A stretch of 64,000 nucleotides of DNA from Oikopleura dioica. Lineage: Eukaryota > Animalia > Chordata. Each line of letters opens with the position of its first letter. Within the stretch, counting starts at the first letter, position 1. This document shows positions 27,768 to 40,102 of the stretch, one piece after another. The notes beneath the pieces were generated by a model. It saw nothing but the letters and a program-made list of their open reading frames with translations. It was not told where the DNA came from and ran no database searches. A program made the position numbers and the translations under genes. Where the stretch lies: the NCBI GenBank assembly GCA_907165135.1, contig OU015569.1, positions 10,726,001-10,790,000 on the forward strand, in the 5' to 3' direction.

Positions 27768-28903
27768 GTGCTATTTCGTGCAGTTGCTCGAGTCGGCGCT
27801 AATTTAGTCCGACGAACTCAAGGACGATTCGGGCAGAAGTCCTCGTCGTTCTTGGAGGAATACGAGGAGAAGCAGAGGAAGCAGAAGAAAGTTGACTTCT
27901 CGAAATATGGCTCCGAAACAAGAAGTGAGCGGAAGCCAGCCAAGGTTTGATGCATGCTTTCAAACGGTCAACGACTTATGTCTTTAGGAAATCGACATTG
28001 ATGAGATTATTCGACAAACAGAAGAAGACTTCCCAGATAGGAAATTGGTTCAGCTAACATTTTAACTCTAGATTATGATCAATAAGATGAACCATTTTAC
28101 AAGTAATTGCTTCAACCCTTTGCCGGAAAAATCCGAGCGATTGGAGAAAGAATCGCGCCTCTTCTTCGAAATGATTAAAATTCTCAAACACCAAGGTATT
28201 CCTCGTTGATTTCAACTCGCCTAAATTGAAATTGAAAATGCTCAGATAAGTTTGGGCCAAAATGCAAGACTCCCACCATCAAAGCAAACGTCGATATGTT
28301 GAGGAGCTGCGCTAGCTATATGCAAGAAGATGAAGGTGACAAAAATATGCAATAAAAGTATTAACGGGCGGTAATTCTAGCGCTTCCTTGCTGGATAAAG
28401 AACGCGATGACGTTGATTTCCGGTGACTCAAATTTTTGTAAAGCAGCGAAGAATTATTGGACAGAAATGGAAGACGATGGATTTCGGGTTGAAAAAAAAA
28501 GATATTTTCGCTCTTCAAAAAGAAAGCTTCACTTTTAAGAATTTTTTTCAACCTTGTGCTCTGAGATTACGACTTCTCCTTTGCAAAAGAAGAAATGTAT
28601 GGAAACTCGGATATCCGAAGAAAAACCGTTATGCTCGACGGTTTCATCAACATCAACAATCCTATCGATGAGAATGAAGCTTCCAGGACATCCACTCTCG
28701 TGAGAACTCGTCTGTTCTTTTTCACAGTAATATTCGTTTGTTTTCAGGCAGATCTTGGTAATAGACTTGAAACTGGTAAACGGGGAAGTATGACGAAAGA
28801 GCAGATGATGAAACTCAACACTAGAAGAAAATCGATGATTCTGATGGTCAACCAGGACAAAATGAACGCCTCGGATCACCGGCGAGACTCTTTACAAGCG
28901 TAA
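27768..28903 (+). CDS. Hypothetical protein with mitochondrial-presequence-like N-terminus
   Basis: (V/M)LFRAVARVGANLVRRTQGRFGQKS is Arg-rich and acid-free; several downstream exon-like frames. The in-frame start here is GTG, so the start is uncertain. Confidence 0.45.
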
Positions 28904-29236
28904 GGCCTTCGTAATTTTTTTATGCTTTTTATAATTTTTATACTTGTTCAAAGTGATTAATTCTTTTTCTAGCGCCGGCGCAGCGCCACCTAGAGGCAGA
29001 AGATTTGCAGTGTTGGCGAAAAAAGCTTCGATGATGTCCACAGCCTTCAAATAATCTCTGCATTTCCATGTGCACTCAATTTTGTCTGTATAAATGTACC
29101 TAACTTGTGTCACAAGTCGATTAGCGCAGTCGAGATTGACGATGGATTAGGCGGCCACAGAGCACAGAGAGAAAAAAAAAAGAATTGTGCTAAGTCTTGT
29201 TCTGAAACGCTGAACTCGTCATAGAGAAAAATCATC

Positions 29237-30556
29237 ATGGGCAAAAGATCAGTCTTTGTTGAAGGTGGCTATTCGATTCTACTTGATCGTGTATTGCATT
29301 TGCGCATTTCTCTTTTTTTTTCGAAGGCTTTTTAGAATTTCGCGAGGCTTAAAATATCTCAATATATAAATAGCGTTTAAATTTTATTTTACGAAAATTA
29401 TGCATAAATAATCAGTGTTTAGCGAGAAAATCTCAGGGACGACAGGGCCTTCCAGCCCTGTCTGTTCTCCAAGAAATCGAAGAAAAAGAGCGAGAATCAC
29501 GTGTATCAAAGATGAACTCCATCATGGCTCGGGCGACTAAAAACGCAGAGGAAGGAGGAGCAGGTCGAAAACCTATTCTTCCTTGGATGAATGTCGACTA
29601 CGAAAAATATAAGGAAGAGTTTCCAGTTGAGATCATGTTCTTTTCTCAGGTTTAGAAATTCGACATCGCATTTTATTTTGAAAACATGCGTTTTAGGAGG
29701 ATGAGGAATTCATCGCAGAGCAGTACAAGAAATTCGAAGAAATGTACAACATCCTCGACGACATGAAGGACAACAGAGCGAATCTCTCCAACCGAAAATT
29801 GGTCGCTGAACAAGAACTTATCCGAACAATGTACAAAATCTACGCTGAAGGTGTTCCCCTTCCAACTTGGCTCAAGGGCTGCCTTGGCCGAATTCACAAG
29901 GATCCCAAATTTGGCGACTACGCTCGAGTAAGAATATTTCTGCGATTTTCTGCTTTTTGCTGATGTCTCTTTTTAGAATTACTGGGAAGAGCAGGGCGAC
30001 GAGGCGGAACCAGTCGACTTCGAAGACTTCGTCGAGGCTGAAGACCCAGCAGAAATCGCCCGTCGCTCGGGAATCTTCAAGGAAGCCAAGGTTGCCTCGC
30101 TCGACACTTCCGTCAACACCTCGGCCAAAATGTACGCGGCGCCAATATTTATACAGTTTCATTTATTTTCACTTTTTCAATTGTCAAAATTTGATTAGTG
30201 ACGAAACTAAACAAGGTCACTACTCTCTCTTCTTTGACCTTGATCGCTTTTAATTTATACAAAAATTGCTACTGTAGATTTCAAAAAAAAACAAACAATT
30301 CTCTAGCCACTCTGCCGAGGAGCAACAAAAAATCAACTCCCGAAAAGCGTCCGCCATGCTCACCATCAACAAAAAAGACATGGCTCGACTTGACAGCCGT
30401 AAGCAGAGGTAAAATCGACTGTAGTGTCATGATCAGCGCACTGATTTTGTTCCTACCTGTAGTCTCGAAGGCGGATCAGGAAACCGACGAGCATCGCGAA
30501 AGCTGTCCATGGCCACTGTTGGCCAGGCATTGATTGGCATGAATCGCAAACGCTAA
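29237..30556 (+). CDS. Hypothetical protein, about 6 exons
   Basis: Consistent GT-AG joins MGKRSVFVE|EIEEKERESR…FFSQ|EDEEF…DYAR|NYWEEQ…; the frame needs one extra A in the 9-A run near 30283-30291; ends …GQALIGMNRKR*. Confidence 0.6.
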
Positions 30557-30722
30557 AATGATGAACAAAAAATAATTCGCAGTTCTGTTTTTTACAACAA
30601 ATAAAACATGAAAAATTGAACAAACACACGCGTCTTTCTCGAAAGCTAATACAAAAAAAAATAAAGAAAAAAAAGAGAAATATTTCGTGCTTTGCAGTAA
30701 AACGATAGATTCCGATTAGAGA

Positions 30723-31168
30723 ATGGAAGTGCACGTGATTCGCCTCGTTCCCGGCGACAATTTGCAAGAAAAACTGGTCGAATTTGTAAAAGCGAAAAAT
30801 CTGCAAAACGCGTTCATCATCACTTGCGTTGGATCATTGACACAAGCAAAGATTCGATTAGCGAATGCAAATCTAACTCGAGATTTCGACGGGCATTTCG
30901 AAATCGTCTCCCTCGTTGGAACAATCGATCCTGATGGAGGACATCATCTTCACATTTCGATTTCCGACGACAAAGGCGATGTTTTTGGAGGACACGTTTT
31001 CTCAGGTAAAAAAAGAGGAGTAGGGAATCGACCATGACGGTGATTATAGATCATATTGTCTACACAACGGCCGAAATCGTCATTGGAAGCGCGAAGGGCC
31101 TTTCTTTCTCCCGAGAACACTGCGATAAAAGCGGCTGGCCGGAACTTGTCGTCAAGAAAACTGAGTAA
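30723..31168 (+). CDS. PPC/DUF296-domain protein, 2 exons
   Basis: VIRLVPGDNL…AFIITCVGSL…HFEIVSLVGTI…HLHISISD…VFGGHV|…VYTTAEIVIG…FSREHC…GWPELVV matches the DUF296 signature. Confidence 0.9.
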
Positions 31169-31598
31169 AACTGATCATTCAAATTTCTTTCCCTCCTTTT
31201 TTGGCAATAAAATAAGAAAATGCTGGCATAGAAAGGAGCTGGTTTCTAAAGATGCTCTCTTTGTGCATTTTAGAAAAGGATGACTCCATAGAAAAGAGTT
31301 CATCAATTAGAAGGTGTCTAGAAGAACGTGACTTGATTTCACGGCGGCTCAAAAAGGCGTCAAACTTCGCGCCAAAGTAAAAAGTATCTGATCCCTTTGG
31401 TTTTATTCCTTTTCCTCGTCGGCTAATCTGAGAAGGATTAAACGCTCCTCATCAATTCTAAAGATTCTAACTTGACGAAATAACTCGAAATAACTCTGAT
31501 CCACTTTCTAATTCCGTATCTTTATTTTACAACGAAAGGATAATTTTCGAATTTGCAGTAGATAGGAATGCAGTAAGAGATCAACATACAGTTCTTGA

Positions 31599-32339
31599 TC
31601 AACGCAAGGGCAGATCGACGGTATCGTAGCCATCGACAGCCCCGTTGGCCCAGATCGGCAAGTTCTTGATGGTGCCCGAGAGATCTCCATCAAAGTCCTG
31701 CATATTTTGTTAATTCTTCAAAATATAAATCTTCAAATTGACTTACGATTTTGTTCAGGTAGAAGTTGGGAGACATTCTCCGGTTAACCGATCCATGGGC
31801 GAGGCAAACGTTGCCGTTCTTGTAGCAATCAGGGACGAGCCATGCGAACTGCTGGTCGAAGAATCCATTTAGTGGACGAGTCTGGACGGGATTGGGTTCA
31901 GAACAAGGTTGATCGCGCCATAAACGACCAGCAGCCTGTTTCTGAAATAAATATTTTTATTGGATACGCACTTAAATTATTAAAGTATAATGTTATATGA
32001 TAAATGCAAAATTATAATAACTATTATAAATACTTACTCCAAGGCGCTGGTAGCGGTACTGATCCTTGCAGATGGTGAAGAAAGGTTTGATTCCCGATCG
32101 CATGGTAGCCAGATCCTAAATAATGAAATAATTGAAAGTATAGATTCCTTGCTAAAACTGACATCTTTGAAGTTTATTTCATCGTAGTTGACTTTAGCCC
32201 AGAAAACGTCTTCAGCAGACTCCCAGCAGGAGATGGTGCAGACAATGTCAGATGATCGACCGGGATTGGTACCGTAAACGTTCAAGAAGATCCCTTTGAC
32301 ATTCTCTTTGCTGTCTTTCAAGGCAAAAATTCGGCTCAT
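31599..32339 (-). CDS. Orphan protein, about 183 aa, 4 exons
   Basis: TATAAAA upstream; three in-frame GT-AG introns; single frame MSRIFALK…IWANGAVDGYDTVDLPLR*. Confidence 0.7.
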
Positions 32340-33202
32340 GTTTTTGGCTCCTCTGAAAATGAGCGAAGAAGTGACAAGCGCAGCCTTTTTATAGTCCCGT
32401 CGTTTGGATCGGGCGGGAAACATCGGTGGCTAGAAAAAAGCCTGTCTGGTACCATTCCATTTCTACAAAATTTCTAGAAAAACAGCACGTCTCGATATCA
32501 GGTTATGAACTAGTCACGTAAGGACCTCCTTTGCTCGGTATCAGTTAGCCGCTAACGGGGGATCATCTCCGAGGAGCGAAAGTGATACAATACTTTCTTT
32601 CTCAGCCTGCAGTCATGAACAAGAAATGAATTTCAGATAGATAATCGAATATTTTATAACAAAATATTTTGTAAAAGAGCTTCTTTTTTATTAAAAAAAT
32701 ACTTTCCGCAAACTTTCGTCATCACAAACAAAAGAAATATGCTTACAAGCAGAAAACATTTAATTAACATAATCTGATCAGCACGAGACCATCCTCAACG
32801 ATCAGACGATCAGTTGTTTTTTGATAAAGTTGCAGAGAAAAATAAGATGTCCAGAGATGATCGAAGATTTGGGAAGTTATTTTGACGATGTTTTTTTTCA
32901 AGTTGAAGTGCTTGTCTTTATCGAAGTTGTATCTGTCTGAAGCTAGCTAGATTGGAATTCCAAAAACAAACACGAGTACCAAACGCGACCGGGAAAGTGG
33001 CCAGTTTTTTGGGAAATCCTCGAAAAGATCCTTCTTTGTCGAAAGCTAAGCATTTTCCACGTCACTCGAGGAGGGCATCCGAAACCAAAATCGTTTTTGC
33101 GCAATCGCCAGTGTAGCGAGGTGTTTCCGTTAATTCCGCTAATTTCCCGTCGGGATTTCGCGGGCTCTCGATTTCGAAACTCACTCTCTCGGCTTACTGA
33201 AT

Positions 33203-33695
33203 TTGGATACTTTAGAAAGGGAGGAGAGAAAAGTCCCCGGGATCGACTTTTTCGGACCTGCCCAACACGTGCACCTGCAAGTTATAATCCGTCATCTCGC
33301 TTTTCCAAGACATCCGGCAGCAGAAGTACCAATAACTTTATTTCCCATTAGCGCGGGTCTTGAAATACAGGTAGTATCCAACACTGATGATTAATATTAA
33401 TGCTCGAATCTAAAATTTAATCTTAAAAATCAGCAATAAAAGGAACAGCTTTATTCTGATTTCGTTGAAATAAGGGTATCACTCTGTTAAATCTATCGAA
33501 AAGCTAAAAGAGCTAGAAAAGCTATCGTACCACTTTCGTACTCTTCTAGCTTTTCGATAGATTTAACAAAGTGATACCCTTATTTTAACTCTTCGCAAGG
33601 CGAATAAGGGCGTTACCTTTAGAAGAAAAAGTCAAAAAACAGGACAATATGACGACTCCAATCCTCATGAGATTTTGGCTCTTACGATCAACTAA
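33203..33695 (+). CDS. Small hypothetical gene, 2 or more exons (5' end unresolved)
   Basis: …PISAGLEIQ|ANKGVTFRR…EILALTIN* joined by phase-0 GT-AG intron 33371-33599. Confidence 0.4.
33464..33589. repeat. About 125-bp palindromic MITE-like insertion inside an intron
   Basis: aaataagggtatcactctgttaaatctatcgaaaagcta (33468-33506) is the near-perfect reverse complement of 33547-33585 (one mismatch). Confidence 0.85.
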
Positions 33696-34129
33696 CGAAT
33701 TGAGTTTTGGTTTCGCTTGTTCCCTGTAATATAACGAGCTTAGTACACACGTTCCTCCAGAACCACCATCGCTCACGTTTAAATTCATGGGCCTTGAAGT
33801 TGAGCTCCTGGCGATTAAAATTTTGGGCGTTGTTTAATCCCTTTCCGGCGGAAGCTTTGGCTGGGACCTTGGCGGAGAAACATGGAATTGCACCTAAATC
33901 CAAGATTATTCCTAAAGAATGACTTGCTGCCCTCGCGTATTTTTTCTTCAACCGGCATCTCATGGATCGTGTTGTGAAAGACGAAGACGTCTTTTTCGAG
34001 ATATCGCACACAACAGCGTCAATGATGGTGCTGCGGAATGCGATGAAGTTGCTCAGATCACGACATAAAAGAAATCCCCTTCTCGTTAATCTTCACTTCG
34101 AGAAAATAAACCTCTGAGCTGCGGGAAAA

Positions 34130-34936
34130 ATGAGCAAACCTTCGAAAACCAAAACTAAGAATTTCAAGTACAAGGAAGCTCTCTTCGCAGCAGAAGAAGG
34201 TGCAGTCTATTCTCTTTTTTCTTACACTAGCTTCGCTGGATAACGAATTTTTTCATCAACTTTCATCAATTTTTTGGATGGAAAAATTCGCTATCCTAAG
34301 AAGCAAATTTGGATAAATTTTCAGCAACGCGCAAGCGAGAACTGGAAAGGATAGTGAAAGACATTCCCCCAACAAAAGGGATGGGTCACTACCTGAATCG
34401 CGTCGATCGACGGCTGATGAGCGAGCGTGAGCTGATCGAAGTCATGTGGCTGCTTGCCCTCGGCCAGCGAGACTTCAACTTCAAGGAACGAGTGCGCGTG
34501 ACTCATTTTCTTCCTCTAGTAAAGGAGTCACCAAACTCGTACCAGATCCGCATGAGCGCGGCGATCGACATGGAGGAGTTCGGCTGGAGCTTGCGCTACA
34601 AGATCAGTCGCAAGCGGGGCGAACACTTTCACAAGATCACCTTGAAACGAAAAGGTAAAAATTAAGCTCCAGATTTATCTAAACCGTCCAAACTCTTTTC
34701 CAGTCGGATTGACTCCACGCTTCAACTTGATCTTGGAGGAGTTTGACGCGGTTGAGATGCGAAATCTCAACGAGGCGACGAGCATCGCGAAATCCATTAA
34801 CCGACAGGTCGTCGCGATCAAAGTCGGCTCCATCGTCAGCGGCATGAACAATGGCTCCATAAGATTCAACTTCTCCTTGGATCCCATTCTCCACAGCCGA
34901 GCTTCAGAGCTAAAAAACCACCAAGAAAGAAATTGA
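34130..34936 (+). CDS. Orphan protein, about 210 aa, 3 exons
   Basis: MSKPSKTK…AEE|ATRKRELE…LKRK|VGLTPRFNL…GMNNGSIRFNFSLDP… joined by GT-AG introns. Confidence 0.65.
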
Positions 34937-35979
34937 ATTGAAAAAAAAGTAGCTCGAAAAGAGCTAAGATCAGTAATTTGACCTAACTTCCGCTAAAACC
35001 CGTCGCATTTACTAATAAATTCGCAACTAATCAAAAACAAATATCGTACTTTCTTCTATTTCCAATCTGGTCCGCAGCGGCAACTACTAAAAGCGCTATC
35101 TTCTGGAGATTGTGCCACTTCCGGAAACGTTTCCAATTCCAAGAGTAGCCACTTCATCGATTATTCGGAGGCTTTGTAAGATAAACTGACCGGTGATTTA
35201 AGTTTAAAGCCCGTGAATCCTTGATTTTAACCTGTTCCTCCTCTTGCAAGAAAGCACCTTTTTCTACGACTATTTTTAAAAAAATACGATGCTATCTTTT
35301 ATTGAAGGAAACTCTTGAGCAGTTGAAATCTTGTAGCGAAAAGTACTGAATTCGAAAATGTGAACGTCTCGCTTTTCGAGCGGGATAAAGTTGCAAAACG
35401 GTAGAAACGCGTGAAAACAACGAGGAAGTAAATCCGGCGGCCAGATGGGCGGCTTTGAAGCTTCGCGCAAACTCATTTGATTTTGTGAATAGGAGCTCGT
35501 CCTCCTGGAACTTTTCCAAGCTCATGCAGCTGTGAACGGCTCCAGTAGCACATACGCAATTGACTGGGCACCAATGCCAAATGCACGTGAGCATGAAATC
35601 GAGTGCGAAAGACACTCCACGCCGGTTTTTTTTCCAACGAATTTTGCTGAATAATTCAATTCAAAGTCGCCGCCTAAAGCGTGAGCGGCTCGATTTCGAA
35701 GCTAAAACTTTCTTATCTAATTGGCTTCGATTATTGTTTCGGTGGACAAATCAAATTTCGCGATTTTGCGAAAGGGGCGTGCGATAGAAAAAGAGAGCCT
35801 TCGTTTTCTAGAGCGTTTTATTTAAAGAGATCTTCTTAAAAATGATGAGTAATAAATTCAGCGTAGTCAAACAGGCGACGTAACGATTTGAAGCTTAGAG
35901 AAATAAAAAAAGAAAGAGTTGCGTCGTAAAATTGAAATTTTACTCTTTCCTTCATCAAAAAAACGAAGAAGATGAAAAA

Positions 35980-36928
35980 ATGACTAAGTCAAAAGATGAA
36001 AGTATAGCACTCAAATTTGGTCTTGGCCTCGTCGCTGGTCAAATTTCGATCTTTTGGGTTCACCCCTTCGATCTTATTAAAAATCGATTACAAACAAGTG
36101 GAGCAAGCCTTTCTCCTATTTCATGTGTTGGCCAAATCGTCAAAGAAAAAGGTAAATCAAATCAGCTATTTGAAATTATTGGTAATTCCGTCAAGGCATT
36201 CGCGGTTTTTACGATGGATTTTCCGCGTCGATGATGCGCCAAGCAACTTACACCACCGGTCGCCTTGGAATCTACAGTAATCTCTTGCACCAATACAAAG
36301 TTTCTACTGGAGTACAAAAGCCGAACCTTTTCTGGACAACTTTGATGGGCTCCACGAGTGGGGGCTTGGCGGCAATAATTGGAAACCCTGCTGACGTTGC
36401 GATAGTACGAATGACTGTCGATTCTAAATTGCCAATCGAGCAGAGAAGAAACTACACTTCCGTTTTCAATGCTTGGGCAAGGATAGTAAAAGAGGAGGGA
36501 GTTCGAAAACTGTGGGTTGGATGTAGACCTACTGTTGCTAGAGCAATGGTCGTCAATTCCTGCCAACTGTCGTTCAATACTCAGACCAGATACTTCATAG
36601 GTAAGCTGAATAGAGTCTCCATAACAAGTTGTTACTTTTTTCAGAAGGAAAAGTGCCTTCAATAAATCCCTACTTGCTTTCGATTCTCTCTAGCTGCTGC
36701 TCTGGGCTGCTAACAACCACGATAGTGCTCCCGATCGACTTTGCAAAGACAAGAATTCAGAACGCAAAAGGACACCAATACTCAGGCTGGCTCGATGTTT
36801 GGAGAAAGACAGTCAAGAATGAAGGATTTGCCGTTCTCTGGAAAGGATTTGGCCCTTACTTTGCGCGAACTCCAATTACGTTATTTATAATGGATATTTT
36901 ACTGTACCAATTTGGAATGTCCAGATAG
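35980..36928 (+). CDS. SLC25A11: Mitochondrial carrier, 2-oxoglutarate/malate carrier-like (divergent)
   Basis: Three Px[DE]xx[KR] motifs (HPFDLIKNR, NPADVAIVR, LPIDFAKTR); RQATYTTGRLGIY, RRNYTSVFNAWARIVKEEGV, PTVARAMVVN. Confidence 0.75.
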
Positions 36929-37063
36929 CAAATTAGAATTCGGCATTTTTCTTTCAATAAAATAGGAATTTCAAAAAGGATTTTTATTCACACATTTTTT
37001 CAATGCAGGGTCAAAAGTAAGGTTGAGGTCAGTTTAGTTAGCAAAGATCACTCGAGAATCATT

Positions 37064-38704
37064 TTACTCGGAAGTGAACATTTTCATGAAACCCTGACGA
37101 AATTCTGTGATTACTGAAGTGCCGATTTCTTCTACTTTGTCTTCGACATTGTCGAGACTCGATTTGAGGATTTCGTCTGTGCGGCGGAGATCGCGGACGG
37201 TCTTGGAAGTCGAGTCGCCGATCGTTTTTAACGATTCCTTCCAATTGATGAATATTTGAGTCGGATAATTAAAACAAATTGCTTTTAGAAAATTTCACCA
37301 TTCCTGTTGGTAAGAGATCACGTGATGCATTACGTCCAGTTCTTCCTCGAGTTTGACCAACTCTTCGTGATCAGCTTCAGAAGCATTTCGATCAGCAATT
37401 TCACTATTTTAAAAATCATCGTTTTCATTTTGTCTCATTTTGGCCACTCACGATATCCTGTTTTCAAGAAGGGCCATTCTGTTGAGCACTTGGAGATTCA
37501 TCTTGACAATTTTATCCTCGATCTTTTCCTCCCTGAACTCGTCGAGCGACATTTGCTTCTGCATCATTTGCAGACTCTTGCGAAGCATGCCGAGCTCGAC
37601 ATCTTGCGCCTCGATTTTGCCGCGTGTGTTGTTTTCAAAGTTTTCGATGACCTTGAGCTGGGCGGAGATTTCGTCTTCCTTCCGCTCGAGCGATCCGAGC
37701 AGTTGAGCGGATTTTTCGCGTTCAGCAAAGAAGTTGCCAAGTTTGAGCTCGGTGACACGTTCGAACTCGCTCTGCGCTCGCTCGAGTTTCTTCAGCTGCT
37801 TCTCGAATTCTTCCACTTTTTCAAAAATCTCTCTGAATGCTCAATTATCAATCGTGCCTTGGTCAAAGTGTTCTTACATTTTGTCGTCTTTTAGATCGAG
37901 CGAAATGTCCTCCAAATTATTTTCTAATCGCGTGGCCAGCTCTCTTTGCTCTGCATTACTATTTTCAATTGCTTCGGCATTGTAGTCGGCTTAGAAAATT
38001 ATGATTTGATCAATCTCTCGCTTCGTACCTTTTTCAGTGATCTTTTCAATGATTTCTGATAGCGATTTCTCGATGAGTTTTTCTTTTAAAATTCCTTCTT
38101 GCTGTCGCTCATCGAGCTCTTTGATGCTGTTTTTCAAGCTTTCCACAGCTTTTTCGAAGTTTTCGTTTTTTCCCTCTAATCCGTCGAATAAGTTTTGGGA
38201 GGTCTTTTTGATATCCGAGATTTCAAGAAGCAGCCGTTCGTGATTGTCCTTTTCAAGGATTAATATTTCAAAATTAAATTCTTAAATCTTCAAGATTTGA
38301 ATTTATCTGGGTCACAGATGCAAATTTGCTGAGCTGAGTGAGCTGAACAGTCGCTCAGCTCTGACAATTTTCACTCAGCTCAGCTCAGCTCAGCTCAATC
38401 ATTTGAACAAAATTTTACTACTAAAAACACAGTAAAAACAGCTCAGCTCAACAAGCTCAGCTCAGCTCAAATACCTTAAAAAAAGTCTGCTCAGCTCAGC
38501 AATACTGAAGCAAAATTTTCAACTCTGATCTGGGCTAGGGTTAAATCAATAGCTCTCAATACAAATTATTATATGCATCCTCTCCTGACTGGAATGCTTA
38601 TTCCGCAGCACCTGCTCATAGATCTCATTTGCCGCAGGCGTGTTCGCCAAGGATATCGCTTCAACGCTCAAGTTTGTAGCAAAGATCACCGTCGAGATTT
38701 TCAT
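37064..38704 (-). CDS. Secreted long coiled-coil protein
   Basis: First exon MKISTVIFATNLSVEAISLAN… resembles a signal peptide; the frame is kept if intron 1 (38249-38584) is GA-AG; downstream exons are heptad-rich (E/K/L). Confidence 0.55.
38313..38527. mobile_element. hAT-type MITE (215 bp) with internal (GCTCA)n repeats, in intron 1 of the coiled-coil gene
   Basis: Imperfect TIRs cacagatgcaaatttgct / rc cagagttgaaaattttgct; 8-bp flanking repeat atctgggt (38305-38312) and atctgggc (38528-38535). Confidence 0.7.
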
Positions 38705-38972
38705 TTTTCAGAAAAAAAATATATAAAAATTGGTAATTCGAAAAGTCGAATGCTGATTGAATGTCTGCAGCGCACGTTCTATTCACGTTAGATGTTATAA
38801 GTCTGAAGCGTTGGGCGTAAACAAACAAGAGGTTTTGCCATACGCAACAACGTGGATGAAAATTTCATGAGTAATCGACTCCAATGGATTTCAATTCAGA
38901 ATAAGTTTTATTATTAAAAAAAGATCACCGACTGAGATATTTTGTACAAGGAGAAACGCGTTTTTCGAATAA

Positions 38973-38994
38973 GCGGCACTCCCACTCATGCCGC
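38973..38994 (-). promoter_or_regulatory. 3'-UTR hairpin, copy A
   Basis: Sense GCGGCAU-GAGUGGGA-GUGCCGC; homologues downstream of copies B, C and D. Confidence 0.6.
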
Positions 38995-39211
38995 AATTCA
39001 AAAGAACGCGCGAAGCTCTCACAAGATGAGCTCTAAATGAGAGTTTCTGAGAAGTAAAAAGTTGTAGAAAAAAGAAAAGAAAACAGAAAAGAAAGAACAG
39101 ATTCCCTCGTCAATCAAAAGCGCTGGATCGCTTCGTGTGTTTTTTGATTGGGTTTAGGGAATTAAGAGTTGAACTGGCTCGTATCAAGCAGCCCGGATGA
39201 GAATGATTCGT

Positions 39212-40102
39212 TTATTGTTGAGCTTGCTTCCAGATGTTGAACTTTCGGGCCATGTTCTGATTGTCCTTAAAATCGAGATGTTAAGAGACGCAATTTTACT
39301 TTGAGCGTACCTGGATGAGGTGCATTTCTGGGCAGAGGACGTCGTAGTGCTCCTCAAGCTCGGCGTAGAAGGCAAAGAGCACCTTGTTCTTATCAGCAAG
39401 AGCTCGCTTCTCGAGTCGTTGTTGCTGATAAAAGAGTAAGAAACAAATTCAATCGAGGTTAGACTCTACCTTTCTGAGTTCCTTGAGAGCCTTTGCGGCT
39501 GCCTTGGCGTCTTTCTTCTCCTGTTTTCGCTGGGCTCGTTTGGCTTCGTTTTCCTGTCGTCGGTTCTCTCTCCACGATTCCCAGTCGGACTCTTTCCATG
39601 CCTTGTTCTCGCTCTTGGCTTTCTTCTCGGCGAGCTTGTTGACGATCTTGTCGTACTTGTTCTTTTCTTTGGTCAAGTTGCGAGCGAGGGCGGCGGCTTC
39701 CTTCTCGGCCGCTTTCTTGGCAGCTTGGATCTCGGCTCGGTTGACGTACTGCTCCTTGAGCTTGAGCGCGGTCTTGTTCCAGAAGCCGGCCTCGAGGTCG
39801 TCTGTTCCCGGGCAAGTGGCGTTGTCGGGCACACACTGCACCTTGCAGTCCTTGCAAGCAGCTGCCCGTGGGTCGGCGAACTGAGCGTAGTCACGTGGGT
39901 GAGTGTAGCGGGAGCAGATGATGTTCGACTGAGCGTGCCACGCGTTGAACTCGGCGATGTTGGCTAAAGTTGTCAGTTAAGAAAAGCCGAGAGACCGAAT
40001 CTCTATTTTTCTATAGCTCTCTGTTTCTCTCTATTTACCGTCACAGTCTCCACAGACGTCAGCCGAAGCTAAACCAGCAAGAAGGGGAGCGGCGAGTTTC
40101 AT
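39212..40102 (-). CDS. Secreted Cys-rich/Lys-Ala-rich family, copy A
   Basis: MKLAAPLLAGLASADVCGDCD|ANIAEFNAWHAQSNIICSRY…CKDCKVQC…CPG…basic coiled coil…|QQRLEKRAL…YDVLCPEMHLIQ|DNQNMARKFNIWKQAQQ*. Confidence 0.85.

Noticed and set aside
27730-29270. Similar first-exon peptides MVLKRSVFLE and MGKRSVFVE in adjacent genes
   Set aside because: The first would need a 23-nt intron, shorter than any other seen here; probably coincidental.
30723-31168. Recent bacterial horizontal transfer or contamination for the DUF296 gene
   Set aside because: It has a canonical intron, host-like composition and eukaryotic neighbours.
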